Assembly (NCBI GenBank): GCA_963702475.1
Contig: CAVPCT010000005.1
Coordinates: 640,001 to 704,000, forward strand
Reading direction: 5' to 3'
Length of the DNA stretch: 64,000 bases
Source of the DNA: an uncultured Thermoleophilia bacterium
GTDB taxonomy: Bacteria > Actinomycetota > Thermoleophilia > UBA2241
The position numbers and the translations under genes were made by a program. Under the pieces are notes generated by a model. The model made no database searches, was not told the origin of the DNA, and was given only the letters and a program-made list of their open reading frames with translations. The first letter of the stretch is position 1; each line of letters opens with the position of its first letter. Positions 51,180 through 63,607 of the stretch are shown one piece after another.

Positions 51180-51629
51180 ATGCCGCTCGACGCGGAACAG
51201 CTGGCCAAGGCGCTGAACGAACGCGGGCTCCGCCTCACCCGGCAGCGCAAGGCGGTGCTCGATGCGGTCGTTGCGGCCTCGTCGAGTCTGAGCCCGCTCC
51301 AGGTGTTCGACGCTGCCCGCAAACGCTGCCCCGAGCTGGGACTCACCACCGTTTACCGGACGATGGACGTGCTCAGCGAACTCGGCGCCCTGCGCCGCGT
51401 GCATGGTCCGGACCACTGTGACGCCTTCGTGCCCGCCGGCACCGCTCATGGACACACGGTGGTCTGCAGCGTCTGCGGCAGGGCGACGGAGTTCACAGCC
51501 TGCGACATGCACGGCATCGCCGAAGCGGCCACCAGGGAGACGGGCTACCGCATCACCGACCATTTCCTGCAGCTCACCGGTCTCTGTGCCCAGTGCGCGT
51601 CGCGGCACGACATCAGGAGGGACCGATGA
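51180..51629 (+). CDS. zur: Fur-family zinc uptake regulator
   Basis: RLTRQR, GLTTVYRT, HGHTVVCSVCG, GLCAQC; first gene of the znu operon. Confidence 0.85.
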   Translation: MPLDAEQLAKALNERGLRLTRQRKAVLDAVVAASSSLSPLQVFDAARKRCPELGLTTVYRTMDVLSELGALRRVHGPDHCDAFVPAGTAHGHTVVCSVCGRATEFTACDMHGIAEAATRETGYRITDHFLQLTGLCAQCASRHDIRRDR

Positions 51630-52572
51630 GCTCGAGAGCCCGACGGCTTCTCGGCCCGGCGCTCCTCCTGCTCGCTCTGGCAGCGGCGGGCGCCCTGGCG
51701 GCCGCCGGCTGCGGCAACTCGGACGAGAGCGACCAGACGGGCTCGCTCCGTGTGCTCACCACGGCGACGTTCCTCGCCGACATCGCCCAGAACGTCGCCG
51801 GCGAGCGCTTCACCGTGGAGTCCCTGGTGCCGCGCGACGCCGACCTCCACGCGTTCGAGCCCACGCCGCGCGACGTCGCCTCGGTGAGCGATGCCGACCT
51901 CTTCATCCTCAACGGCGCGGGCCTCGAGGAGACGCTCGAGGACACCCTGCGCACCGCGGCCCCCGACACCGCCTTCGTGGTGGCGTCCGAGGGCCTCACC
52001 CCGCGCGAGCCGCAACCGGGCGAGCCGCTGCAGCGACGAACGAGGCCGATCCCCACTTCTGGCTCGACCCCACGCTCGTCGTCGCCTACGTGGAGAACAT
52101 CCGCGACGCGTTCGTCGCCGCCGACCCGGCCGGCGCCGCCGAGTACGAGGCGAACGCCGCGGCCTACATCGCGGAGCTGGATGACCTGGACGCCTGGATC
52201 CGCGAGCAGGTGGCGACTCTGCCCGAGCAGGACCGCCTGCTGGTCATGAACCACGTGAGCCACGGCTACTTCGCCGACCGATACGGCTTTCGCATCGCCG
52301 GCGCCGTCATCCCCAGCGTGGCCACCGGCGAGTCCCCCACCGCCAGGCAGCTCGCCGACCTGACGGAGACCATCCGCTCCGAGGGCGTGCGGGCCATCTT
52401 CGTGGAGCTGGAGGAGAACCCCCAGCTGGCCGACCAGATCGCCGCCGAGACGGGCATCGCCGTCGTCGACGACCTGCGCGACCACTCCCTCAGCGAGCCG
52501 GGCGGAGACGCGTCCACCTACATCGACATGATGAAGTTCGACACGATGCGCATCGTGGAAGCGCTCCAGTGA
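51626..52572 (+). CDS. znuA: Zn/Mn ABC solute-binding lipoprotein; frameshift at ~52030
   Basis: Lipobox AAGC, DLHAFEPTP, DPHFWLDP, HVSHGYFA. Confidence 0.88.
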
Positions 52573-53345
52573 GCGACCACCCCTGCGTGTCGCTCGACCA
52601 CGTCACCGTCGAGTACCACGGCCGGCCCGTCCTCCAGGACGTCTCGATGACCGTGCCGCACGGCGGGCAGGTGGCGGTGGTGGGACCCAACGGAGCGGGC
52701 AAGTCCACGCTCTTCAAGGCGCTCGTGGGGCTCGTGCCCGTGAGGGAAGGGACGATAGGACTGCGCGACCGCGACCCGCACGCGGCGGCCGAGCACGTGG
52801 CCTACGTGCCGCAACGCGAGGAGGTCGATTGGAGCTTTCCCGTCACCGTCGCCGACGTGGTGATGATGGGACGCTACGGACGACTCGGCTGGCTGCGCAG
52901 GCCGCGAGCCGCCGACCGCGAGGTCGTCGCCCGCGCCCTTGAGGAGCTCTCGATCGCCGACCTGGCGTCGCGTCCTGTCGGCGACCTCTCCGGCGGCCAG
53001 CAGCAGCGCGTCTTCCTGGCGCGCGCGCTCGCCCAGGAGCCGCACGTGCTGCTCCTGGACGAGCCCTTCACCGGAGTGGACGTCAACGCCAAAGAGGCCC
53101 TCCTCGAGCTCCTGGAGCGCCTCCGCCGTCTGGGCATCACCGTCCTGGTGAGCACCCACGACATGCAGACCGCCTCGCAACGCTTCGCCCACGTGGCCCT
53201 GCTGAACGGCCGGCTGATCGCCTACGGCGCGCCGGCCGACGTCTTCACGCCGCCCCACATCTCGGCGGCCTTCGGCGGCCACGCCCTGTTCCTGGACGAC
53301 ATGGTCGTGATCGACGACTGCTGCCGCGGCGAGGAGCCGCGATGA
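52569..53345 (+). CDS. znuC: Metal ABC transporter ATPase
   Basis: GPNGAGKST, AYVPQ, LSGGQQQR, LLDEP. Confidence 0.92.
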   Translation: MSDHPCVSLDHVTVEYHGRPVLQDVSMTVPHGGQVAVVGPNGAGKSTLFKALVGLVPVREGTIGLRDRDPHAAAEHVAYVPQREEVDWSFPVTVADVVMMGRYGRLGWLRRPRAADREVVARALEELSIADLASRPVGDLSGGQQQRVFLARALAQEPHVLLLDEPFTGVDVNAKEALLELLERLRRLGITVLVSTHDMQTASQRFAHVALLNGRLIAYGAPADVFTPPHISAAFGGHALFLDDMVVIDDCCRGEEPR

Positions 53346-53392
53346 GGGCGCGCGGCCCAGGCGCGGCCGGCAGCCTTGCGGAAGGCCCGGCC

Positions 53393-54244
53393 GTGATCGC
53401 CTGGCTCACCGAGCCCTTCACGCTCGAGTTCATGCAGCGCGCCCTGGCCGCGTCGCTCATCGTCGGCGTCGTGTGCTCCGTGCTGGGCTGCTTCGTCGTG
53501 CTGCGCGCCATGGCGTTCCTGGGCGACGCCCTGGCCCACGCCATCCTGCCCGGCGTGGCCATCGCCTACCTGCTGGGCGCGAACCTGCTGGCCGGAGCGC
53601 TCGTCGCCGCCGTGCTCGTGGCCGCGTTCATCGGCCTGTTCTCGCGCAAGGGCGCCGTGAAGGAGGACACGGCCATCGGCATCCTCTTCGCCGCGGCGCT
53701 CGCCCTCGGCGTGGTCCTGATCAGCACGGTGCGGTCGTACGCGACCGACCTCACTCACATCCTGTTCGGGAACGTGCTGGGCGTCAGCGCCGGCGACCTG
53801 TGGCTGACCGGCATCCTCGCCGTCGCCGTGATCGCGACCGTCCTGCTGCTGTACAAGGAGCTCCTGCTGGCCTCGTTCGATCCGGTGCTGGCGCACACGC
53901 TGGGGCGCCACCCGGAGCTGCTGCGCTTCGTCATGCTCTTCCTGCTCGCCCTCACCGTGGTCGTCAGCCTGCAGACGGTGGGCGTGGGCCTGGTGGCCGC
54001 CCTGCTGGTCACGCCGGCGGCCACCGCCTACCTGCTCACGCGGCGTCTCGCCGCGATGATGGGCCTGTCGGCCGTGCTGGGCGCGGTGTGCAGCGTCGCC
54101 GGGCTCTACCTGAGCTACTACCTGAACGTGGCCTCCGGCGCGGCCGTGGTGCTGGTGGCGACAGGGCTGTTCCTGGTCGCCTTCGTGGCCGCGCCGAGGC
54201 GTGGGCTGCTCGCGCGCCGCTTCGCACGGCGCGGCGCCGCCTGA
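53393..54244 (+). CDS. znuB: Metal ABC transporter permease
   Basis: GDALAHAILPG, EDTAIG, LFGNVLG. Confidence 0.92.
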   Translation: MIAWLTEPFTLEFMQRALAASLIVGVVCSVLGCFVVLRAMAFLGDALAHAILPGVAIAYLLGANLLAGALVAAVLVAAFIGLFSRKGAVKEDTAIGILFAAALALGVVLISTVRSYATDLTHILFGNVLGVSAGDLWLTGILAVAVIATVLLLYKELLLASFDPVLAHTLGRHPELLRFVMLFLLALTVVVSLQTVGVGLVAALLVTPAATAYLLTRRLAAMMGLSAVLGAVCSVAGLYLSYYLNVASGAAVVLVATGLFLVAFVAAPRRGLLARRFARRGAA

Positions 54245-54349
54245 CTCGCGCGGGCGCGTCCGGGCGCCGATAGACAAGGAGACCGGCGCCCCGTTTCGTC
54301 CGCAGGCACGGCGAGCATAGTGGGCAGTGGAACGACTGGAGGAGGACTG

Positions 54350-54814
54350 ATGGCGGCGACCCTGGTGCTCGGCTACGACGGATCCGACTGCTCGAAGGCC
54401 GCGCTGCAGCGCACCGCCGAGCTTGCGAGCCAGATCGCGGACGCGACCGTGCTGGTCGTGTACGCCTACGAGTTCTCCATCGGCTACGTGCCCACAGGCA
54501 TGGCCGAGTCGCCGCTGCTGATGTCCGCGGAGTTCGACGATCACACCGAACTGGTGCGCGGGTATGCCGACGAGCAGGTCAAGCAGGCCGCCGACGAGCT
54601 CGGCAGGGCCGGCGTGCGCGCCGAGACCAGGGTCGAGGAGGGCCGGCCGGTCGAGGTCCTGCTGCAGGTGGCCAAAGACGCGGGGGCCACGCTCATCGTG
54701 GTCGGCAGCCACGGCGAGGGCGCCATGTCGGCCGCCTTCATGGGCTCGACCCCGCTCAAGCTGCTGCACCACAGCGAGCTGCCCGTGCTGGTGGTGCCCC
54801 GGCACAAGAGCTGA
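54350..54814 (+). CDS. Universal stress protein
   Basis: LVLGYDGS..IVVGSHG..MGS..PVLVVP. Confidence 0.9.
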   Translation: MAATLVLGYDGSDCSKAALQRTAELASQIADATVLVVYAYEFSIGYVPTGMAESPLLMSAEFDDHTELVRGYADEQVKQAADELGRAGVRAETRVEEGRPVEVLLQVAKDAGATLIVVGSHGEGAMSAAFMGSTPLKLLHHSELPVLVVPRHKS

Positions 54815-55090
54815 AGCCGGCCGCTCTCGGTGCGCGAGCGCGCCACGGAGGGCCGGCACGGGGCCGAGCTCGAGCACTACTGGTTCGCGGAGCGCGCGTT
54901 CCAGACGGACCCCTGGCGGGCGCGCACCGCGTCTGTCTGACGGACGGCCGGCCGCCGCGCCGGGCGCTCGTCCGCCGCGCCGGGCGGCCGTACCACTCAG
55001 CGGCTGCGGCCGCTCTGCGCCCCAGCCGCGGCGGACGTAGGATGCGGGCGGTGGAGCATCAGCGGTCCACCGCCGACAGAGGAGGCCACC

Positions 55091-55459
55091 GTGGAGACCG
55101 TCATCAGCAAGCTCGACTTCGTCGCCGTGCCCTCGCGCGACGCCGCTCGCTCGCGCGCGTTCTACGTCGAGACGCTCGGGCTGCGACCCGATGAGCAGTC
55201 GCCGTACGAGTTCTGGGTCGGGCAGACGTGCTGCGCCATCTGGGAGCCCGAGAAGGCCGGGATGCCGTTCGCCCCGCAGACGTGTGCCCACCTCGCCCTG
55301 CACGTGGACGACGTGGCCACGGCGAGGGCAGCTCTCGAGGAGCACGGCGTGAGCTTCCACGGCGACACCTTCGACACCGGCGTCTGCCACATGGCTCTCT
55401 TCAGCGATCCGGACGGCAACAGCCTGATGCTGCACCACCGCTACAAGCCGCGGGCTTGA
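55091..55459 (+). CDS. VOC/glyoxalase family protein
   Basis: RAFYVETLGL, LHVDDV, FSDPDGN. Confidence 0.88.
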   Translation: METVISKLDFVAVPSRDAARSRAFYVETLGLRPDEQSPYEFWVGQTCCAIWEPEKAGMPFAPQTCAHLALHVDDVATARAALEEHGVSFHGDTFDTGVCHMALFSDPDGNSLMLHHRYKPRA

Positions 55460-55470
55460 GCGACGCGGCG

Positions 55471-55512
55471 GGCGCGGCGGGCGGCCGGACACGTCCGGCC
55501 GCCCGCCGCGCC
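55471..55512. terminator. Perfect 20-bp inverted repeat between convergent genes
   Basis: GGCGCGGCGGGCGGCCGGAC-AC-GTCCGGCCGCCCGCCGCGCC. Confidence 0.7.
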
Positions 55513-55513
55513 G

Positions 55514-56401
55514 TCACTTCTTCTGGACCGTGCGCTCCGGCACCGGCACCACGCCGGCCATGTCGCCGATGACGTTCACCAGTTGCGAGTCGGCCGGCAC
55601 GATGATCTTGGCGTTCTGCCAGAACGCCTTCTCCACGGCCTCCAGCTTGCGCAGCACCTGAGCGTTGCCCACGAAGTACTGCTCCGCCGCCTCATTGACG
55701 AGCTTGATCGCCTGGGCCTCTCCCTCGGCGGCCAGGATCTTGGCCTGCCTGATGCCCTCGGCCTTCTTGATCTCAGCGCGCCGGGCGCCGTCCGCTTGAG
55801 TCTCGGTGGCGGTGGCGTAGTCGATGGCGGCGATCTTCTCGTTCTCCGCTTTGACCACCTTGTTCATGGTCTCCTGCACGTCCTGGGGCGGGTCGATCTC
55901 CTTGAGCTCGGTGCGGAGGATCTCGATGCCCCAGCTGGCGGTCTCGGTCTTCAGGGTGGTGCGCAGCTCCTCATTGATGCGCCCGCGCTCGCTGTTGGCG
56001 GACTTCAACGTCAGCGTGCCGATGATGTTGCGCAGGGTGGTGCGCGCCAGGTTGACGATCTGGTTCTCGTAGTTGGTGACGTTGTACTGCGAGGCCTTGA
56101 CGTCCTCCTCGGTGGCCTTGACCTTGAGGTACACCTGCGCGTCGACCTTGGCGTTGAGGTTGTCGTTGGTGATGATGGTCTGCGGCTGCGCCTCGACGAG
56201 CACCTCGCGGATATCCACCTGGAACATCCTCTCGATGAACGGGATGATGACGTGGAAGCCGGGATCGCAGAAGCGGTTGTACTTGCCCAGTCGCTCCACG
56301 AGGCCGCGGTGCGTGGGGCGGATGATGCGGATGCCCATGGCGACCAGCACGAGCGCCACGACCACGATGACCAGGATGATGATGAGCAGCACGTACCCCA
56401 T
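55514..56401 (-). CDS. SPFH/Band 7 (stomatin-like) membrane protein
   Basis: TM, VERLGKY..PGFHVIIPFIE, ITNDN, TTLRNIIG, WGI..EIDPP. Confidence 0.92.
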   Translation of the reverse strand: MGYVLLIIILVIVVVALVLVAMGIRIIRPTHRGLVERLGKYNRFCDPGFHVIIPFIERMFQVDIREVLVEAQPQTIITNDNLNAKVDAQVYLKVKATEEDVKASQYNVTNYENQIVNLARTTLRNIIGTLTLKSANSERGRINEELRTTLKTETASWGIEILRTELKEIDPPQDVQETMNKVVKAENEKIAAIDYATATETQADGARRAEIKKAEGIRQAKILAAEGEAQAIKLVNEAAEQYFVGNAQVLRKLEAVEKAFWQNAKIIVPADSQLVNVIGDMAGVVPVPERTVQKK

Positions 56402-56571
56402 GTGACCCCCTTGACGTGGCCGCCCGCGACCGCGCGCGGCGCGGCGACGCCGTTCGTTCGCCTGACTGCGTAGTACCCGGCCGGGAGGCTTTGTAGGCGG
56501 GCGAGGGTCGAGCCGGTCGGGCCGGCGCAGTGACCGCACGCGTCCGGAGCGACCGTCGCCGCGCGGCCGGG

Positions 56572-56730
56572 TCAGAGGCCGAGCAGGCCGGGCACGCCCG
56601 CGATCGAGTCGACGACGTGGTGCGGCGCGCCCGGGGCGGCGGCGAGCGCCGCCTCACGGAACTTGCCGGTGCGTACCAGCACGCCGGTCATGCCGCACGC
56701 CTGCGCAGCAACGACCACGGGGGTCCCTTC
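56572..56730 (-). pseudogene. C-terminal fragment of a HAD subfamily IIA hydrolase
   Basis: VVAAQACGMTGVLVRTGKFR..PHHVVDSIAG*; no N-terminal part. Lies just past the tRNA 3' end. Confidence 0.55.
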
Positions 56731-56826
56731 GATGAGGTCTGGCACGACGATCCTTCCGCCGCCTCGCTCGACAGCTGCACGGCGCGCGCCCGGCGCGGCC
56801 GCCTGGCTCGACGGCCGCTCCGAATG

Positions 56827-56915
56827 TGGTGCCGGAGGCGGGGATCGAACCCGCACGCCGCACGCGCGGCAAGGGATTTTAAGTCCCCGGCGTCTGCCAG
56901 TTCCGCCACTCCGGC
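56827..56915 (-). tRNA. tRNA-Leu (anticodon UAA), bldA-like locus
   Basis: GCCGGAGTGGCGGAACTGGCAGACGCCGGGGAC-TTAAAA-TCCCT..long variable arm..GGGTTCGATCCCCGCCTCCGGCACCA. -10 TATACT at 56924-56929. Confidence 0.97.
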
Positions 56916-57020
56916 ACGGGGCGAGTATACGTCAGGGCTCCGGCCGGTTCGTCCGCGGACGCCCGACCGCGTGTCCGTCGCGTCGGGACGGCCGGCCGCC
57001 GACGCGAGTCCCAGGGATGG

Positions 57021-57956
57021 TCAGCCCGGCGCCAGCGTCCCGCCGGCGAGCGCCCGTGCCGCGCCCTCGAGGATGTCGGCCTCGCTCACGCGTACCGCTT
57101 CGAGGCCGAAGGCGAGGCAGGCCTCGCGAGCTATGAGCGCGCCGGCCAGGATCACGTCCTCGCGGCCCTTCTGGATGCCGGTCAGGCGGCCGCGCTCCTC
57201 GTTGGTGAGCGCGGCGAAGAGCACGATGGCCGCGTCGATGTCGGCCAGCGAGAGCACGTGGCCGTGCACGAGGTCCGAGCGGTACTCGCGCAGGCGGAGC
57301 TTGTGGGCCACGAGCGTCGTGTAGGTACCGGCGACGCCGACCATGAGCTTCGTCTCGCGCCGCGTCGCGAGCGGCACGCTCTCCTCGATTGCGCTGCGGA
57401 CGAAGCCGGCCAGCGCCTCAAGCTCCTCCGCCTCCGGCGGGTCGTGCCTCACGAAGCGCTCCGTGAGGCGCACCACGCCGACATCCAGACTGCGCACCAG
57501 GCCGGGCCCGGCGCCGGGAAGGCCGGCGGCGAACTCGGTGCTGCCGCCGCCGATGTCGACGAGGACGACCGGCCCGAGCGCCGGATCGAGGCCGGTCGTA
57601 CCGCCGCGGAACGAGAGCTCGGCCTCCTGCGCTCCGGCGAGCACCCGCGACTCAAGGCCGAAGTCGCGGCGCACGCCGTCGAGAAAGGCGCGGCCGTCCT
57701 CAGCGTCTCGCAGCACGCTGGTGGCGATGAGCAGACGCCGTTCCGGAGCGGACCGTGCGAGCCGTCGGGCGTAACCGGCGAGGCAGTCGCGCGTGCGCGC
57801 GACGGCCTCCGGCGCCAGCCTTCGTGTCCTGTCGACCCCCTGGCCCAGGCGCACGACCGTGGTGACGCGCTCGACGGTCGTCACCGCGGCGGCGCCCACC
57901 TCGGCCACGAAGAGGCGGCACGTGTTCGTGCCGAGGTCGACGATCGCGACCTTCAT
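57021..57956 (-). CDS. ppx: Ppx/GppA exopolyphosphatase
   Basis: IVDLGTNT, VRLGQGVD, ATSVLRDA, DIGGGSTE. Confidence 0.92.
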   Translation of the reverse strand: MKVAIVDLGTNTCRLFVAEVGAAAVTTVERVTTVVRLGQGVDRTRRLAPEAVARTRDCLAGYARRLARSAPERRLLIATSVLRDAEDGRAFLDGVRRDFGLESRVLAGAQEAELSFRGGTTGLDPALGPVVLVDIGGGSTEFAAGLPGAGPGLVRSLDVGVVRLTERFVRHDPPEAEELEALAGFVRSAIEESVPLATRRETKLMVGVAGTYTTLVAHKLRLREYRSDLVHGHVLSLADIDAAIVLFAALTNEERGRLTGIQKGREDVILAGALIAREACLAFGLEAVRVSEADILEGAARALAGGTLAPG

Positions 57957-57981
57957 GCCGGGGCTCCTGGAGCGGGCGCCG

Positions 57982-58525
57982 TCACGCGCCACCCTTCTCG
58001 CGCCCGGTGCCCTCCACCAGCGCGGCGCAGCGCCGGTCGTCGCACCACGGGTCGGCCACCTCGGCGGCCACGGCGCGCCCGAACAGGTACGCCGGATGCG
58101 CCAAGGCGTGCGCGATGTGCGCGTGCAGGCACTTGACGGCCGCCGGGTCGCGCACGCCGGCGACGCCGGTCGCGAGAGACGCCCCGCCGTCGTTCATCGG
58201 CGCGCCGGAGCGCTCCTCCAACAGGCGCCGCCTGCGCCGGGACACCGCGGCGGCCTCGAGCAGCGAGCGCCGCAGTGCCGGGTCCGCTGCGGCCAGCTCC
58301 GTCCAGCGCCGCACGCCACCCGCGCTCTCGAGCCGCGACACGGCCGCCACGAACGTCGGGCACGTGAGGTAGTACAGCGTCGGGAAACGGCGCTCCGTCG
58401 AGGCCGTAGGGCAGGTCCTCGACCGCGGCGGGGAATGCGAACGGACAGCGCGCCACGACCCGGGCGACCGGGTGCGGGTCGCGTCCGAGCTGGGCGGCTA
58501 CGGCAAGCAGGTCGGCCGCGGTCAC
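57982..58525 (-). CDS. DUF501 protein; frameshift at ~58385
   Basis: AAQLGR..RCP..GAPFP[fs]TLYYLTCP..VSRLES..VKCLHAH; conserved synteny. Confidence 0.85.
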
Positions 58526-58563
58526 GCGGCCGCGCCACTGCTCCCGAGACGCAGCGGCCGGCG

Positions 58564-59049
58564 TCAGTTGAGCAGCGTGCGCCACAGGTCGTCGAGGCGG
58601 TCGAACACGGAGATGGACTCCCCCGAGACCGGCTCGGTCCGCCCCGCGACCGGCTCCTCGGCCGCCTCCGGCAGACCCTTGACGACGAACACCTGCGTGT
58701 CCGGGGGGCACCAGCATGGAGTCGGCCCGGGCCAGCTGGGCCACGTAGTCCTTCCTGGTGAGCAGCTCGACCTGGACCTTGTAGGCCTCGTTCTGGACCC
58801 TGGCCGCCGCCAGGGCCTCAGACTCGTGCTGGTAGCGGTCCTGCTGGGTGAAGAACGCCCGCAGCGGCGAGACGTAGAAGGACGCGCCGATGAGGAGAAG
58901 CAGGAGCACGGCGATGCGGCCCAGGTGCAGGCGCGGCGCTCCGTCGCCTCTGCGACGGGTGCTGCGTGCCGGGGGGGCGAGCCGCCTGGGACCGGCCGTT
59001 CGTCGCGCCTCGCCGTCTGTCTCTGCCGCGCCGTGGTCGCGTCCGCCAC
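58564..59049 (-). CDS. ftsB: Septum formation initiator FtsB/DivIC, with frameshifts
   Basis: TM LLLLLIGASFYVSPL, coiled coil, YVAQLAR..MLVPP; position between eno and DUF501. Confidence 0.7.
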   Translation of the reverse strand: MADATTARQRQTARRDERPVPGGSPPRHAAPVAEATERRACTWAASPCSCFSSSARPSTSRRCGRSSPSRTATSTSLRPWRRPGSRTRPTRSRSSCSPGRTTWPSWPGPTPCWCPPDTQVFVVKGLPEAAEEPVAGRTEPVSGESISVFDRLDDLWRTLLN

Positions 59050-59158
59050 CCTGCTCCTCCGTCGTCGGCCGCCCGCTGTACGCGCAGCGGCCACTCAGCC
59101 CTAGGGATTCGCGCCGCGCACCCCCTGTCCCTGCCGGCGACCGGCGGCGGCAAACGCA

Positions 59159-59195
59159 ACGGGCGGCGGCCGGATCTGGTCCGGTCGCCGCCCGT
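59159..59195 (-). terminator. 16-bp hairpin
   Basis: ACGGGCGGCGGCCGGA-TCTGG-TCCGGTCGCCGCCCGT. Confidence 0.55.
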
Positions 59196-59221
59196 GAAAG
59201 GGTCCGCTCTGCGCTAGGTCG

Positions 59222-59980
59222 TCACAGCGCCTGCAGGCTCTGGTCGGCCGACTTGCCGATCTCCGACGCGGGGTCTATGGCGACCGCCTTGGTGTAGGCC
59301 TCCTTGGCCGCCGCCATGTCGGCCTTGGCGGCCACCTTGTCGCCCTCCGACTCGGCGATGCGCGCCTTGTGCGCGAGGTAGTTGCCCAGGTTGTAGTACG
59401 CGGCCTGGTACTCCGGGAACTCCTTGACGACTTCCTTGATCTGCTGGAGGGCGGAGTCGATGTTGCCGCTGTAGAAGAGCGAGGTGGCGAAGTCGGTCCC
59501 GACGCCCGGGTCGGTCTGCTTCTTCTGCCAGGCGGCGGCGTAGGTCATGGCGGCCGCCTGGAAGAACTCGCCGCCGCCCGTGAAGTCCTGGCTCTGGAAG
59601 GCGGCGTCGCCCTTGTCGTAGAGCTCGTTGGCCTTCTGCACGAGCTCGTCGTAGCTGCCGCTCGTGACGCCCACCGGCATGGCGCCCGTGCTGCTGCCAT
59701 CGGTAGTGGCGGTGGAGCCCTCCGAACCGGAGCTGCCGAACCCGCCGGACAGCATGACCACCACGACGATGACGACCACGGCGACCACGGCGAAGCCGCC
59801 CCAGATGACGGCGGGTGAGAGACCGCGCCCGGCCGGAGGCGCTGAGGCGTGGCCGGCCGCCTCTTCGTTTCCGCCGGTGGTCTTGCCGCGCAGGGCATCC
59901 TGCACGCCGGCGAGGTTGGCGCCGCACTCGGGGCAGAACTTGGCGTCGCCGGCGTCGTTGCCGCACTCGGGACAGTACAT
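59222..59980 (-). CDS. Zinc-ribbon + TM + TPR protein
   Basis: MYCPECG..KFCPECGANL; TM; TPR AYYNLGNYL..AYTKAVAIDP. Confidence 0.85.
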   Translation of the reverse strand: MYCPECGNDAGDAKFCPECGANLAGVQDALRGKTTGGNEEAAGHASAPPAGRGLSPAVIWGGFAVVAVVVIVVVVMLSGGFGSSGSEGSTATTDGSSTGAMPVGVTSGSYDELVQKANELYDKGDAAFQSQDFTGGGEFFQAAAMTYAAAWQKKQTDPGVGTDFATSLFYSGNIDSALQQIKEVVKEFPEYQAAYYNLGNYLAHKARIAESEGDKVAAKADMAAAKEAYTKAVAIDPASEIGKSADQSLQAL

Positions 59981-60104
59981 CTTGGCGCTTCCTCCGCGTC
60001 GCTGGACTCAAGGAGACGGGCCGGACCATAAGAGGCCTCCCGAAGCAAAAGACGCGGACGGCCTCGCGGCCGTTCGCGCCCTCCGCAACACCCGTGGGGG
60101 TATT

Positions 60105-62548
<2,444 letters not shown>

Positions 62549-62572
62549 GGCCGGGCCGCGCCTTCCGTCAGA

Positions 62573-63607
62573 TCACGGGGCGGGGCTGGGGGAGCCGGAA
62601 GCGGCCGGGCTGGGCGACGCCGTGAGCAGGGCCGGGTCGAAGCCCTCAGCGTACGCGAGACCGAGCTCGGTCTCGGCGTTCTTGAGCCACTTGTCCCAGT
62701 TCTCGCTGGCCAGCTGGAACTTGAGCGTCTGGATGATGCCGTCCTTGGCCTCTTCGAACGTCTGGTCGCTGCCGGGCGTCTTGCCGGTGACCTCGATGAC
62801 GTGCCAGCCGTACTGTGTCTTCACCGGGACGGAGATCTCGTTGGTCTTGAGGGCGAAGGCAGCGTCGGAGAACGGCTCGACCATGCGCGACCGGTCGAAC
62901 GAGCCGAGGTCGCCGCCGCTGTCCTTGGAGCCCGGATCGGTGGAATACTTCGCGGCGATCTTCTTCCAGCCGGCGTCGGTGTTGTCGGCCTCGAGCAGGG
63001 CCTTGACCTCCTCCGCCTCGGCCTTGGTCTTCACGAGCACGTGGCGCGCCGTGACCTGCTCGGGCACCACGAACTGCGACTCGTTGTCGGGGTCCTCGAA
63101 GTACTTCTTGGCGTCGGCGTCGCTCACCGTGACCTTCTCGTCGACCTTGGCCTTCACGGCCTCCTGGAGCATCTGCGCCTGGAGCTGCTCCTTGAGCTGC
63201 TCCATGGTGACGCCCTGCTCCTTGAGGAGCTTGTCGAGCTTCTTCTGGCCGCCGACCTGCTCGGTGATCTGCTTGACACGAGCGTCCATGTCCTTGGCGC
63301 TCACCGTCACCTTCATCTTGGCGGCTTCCTGCGTGATGAGAGCGTTCTGCACAAGGTAGCTGACGATGCTGGCCTTGAGCTGGTCGTACTCGGCCGTGCC
63401 CTCCTTGGGGAACTCGGGCGCGCCCTCGGTCGCTGCGTACTGGGACTTGGCCTGCGCCCAGATCTCATCGAACTGCTCTTGGGTGACGGTCTGGTCTCCC
63501 ACCACAGCGATCGCGCCCGTCGGCACCGTGGTGCCGCCACACGCACCGGCGAAGCCCGCCAGAGCGACCAGGCCGAGCAGGGCCGCAGCCATGATGATTC
63601 TCTTCAT
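62573..63607 (-). CDS. PrsA-like peptidyl-prolyl isomerase lipoprotein
   Basis: Lipobox AGAC; [30 protein letters not shown]. Confidence 0.92.
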   Translation of the reverse strand: MKRIIMAAALLGLVALAGFAGACGGTTVPTGAIAVVGDQTVTQEQFDEIWAQAKSQYAATEGAPEFPKEGTAEYDQLKASIVSYLVQNALITQEAAKMKVTVSAKDMDARVKQITEQVGGQKKLDKLLKEQGVTMEQLKEQLQAQMLQEAVKAKVDEKVTVSDADAKKYFEDPDNESQFVVPEQVTARHVLVKTKAEAEEVKALLEADNTDAGWKKIAAKYSTDPGSKDSGGDLGSFDRSRMVEPFSDAAFALKTNEISVPVKTQYGWHVIEVTGKTPGSDQTFEEAKDGIIQTLKFQLASENWDKWLKNAETELGLAYAEGFDPALLTASPSPAASGSPSPAP

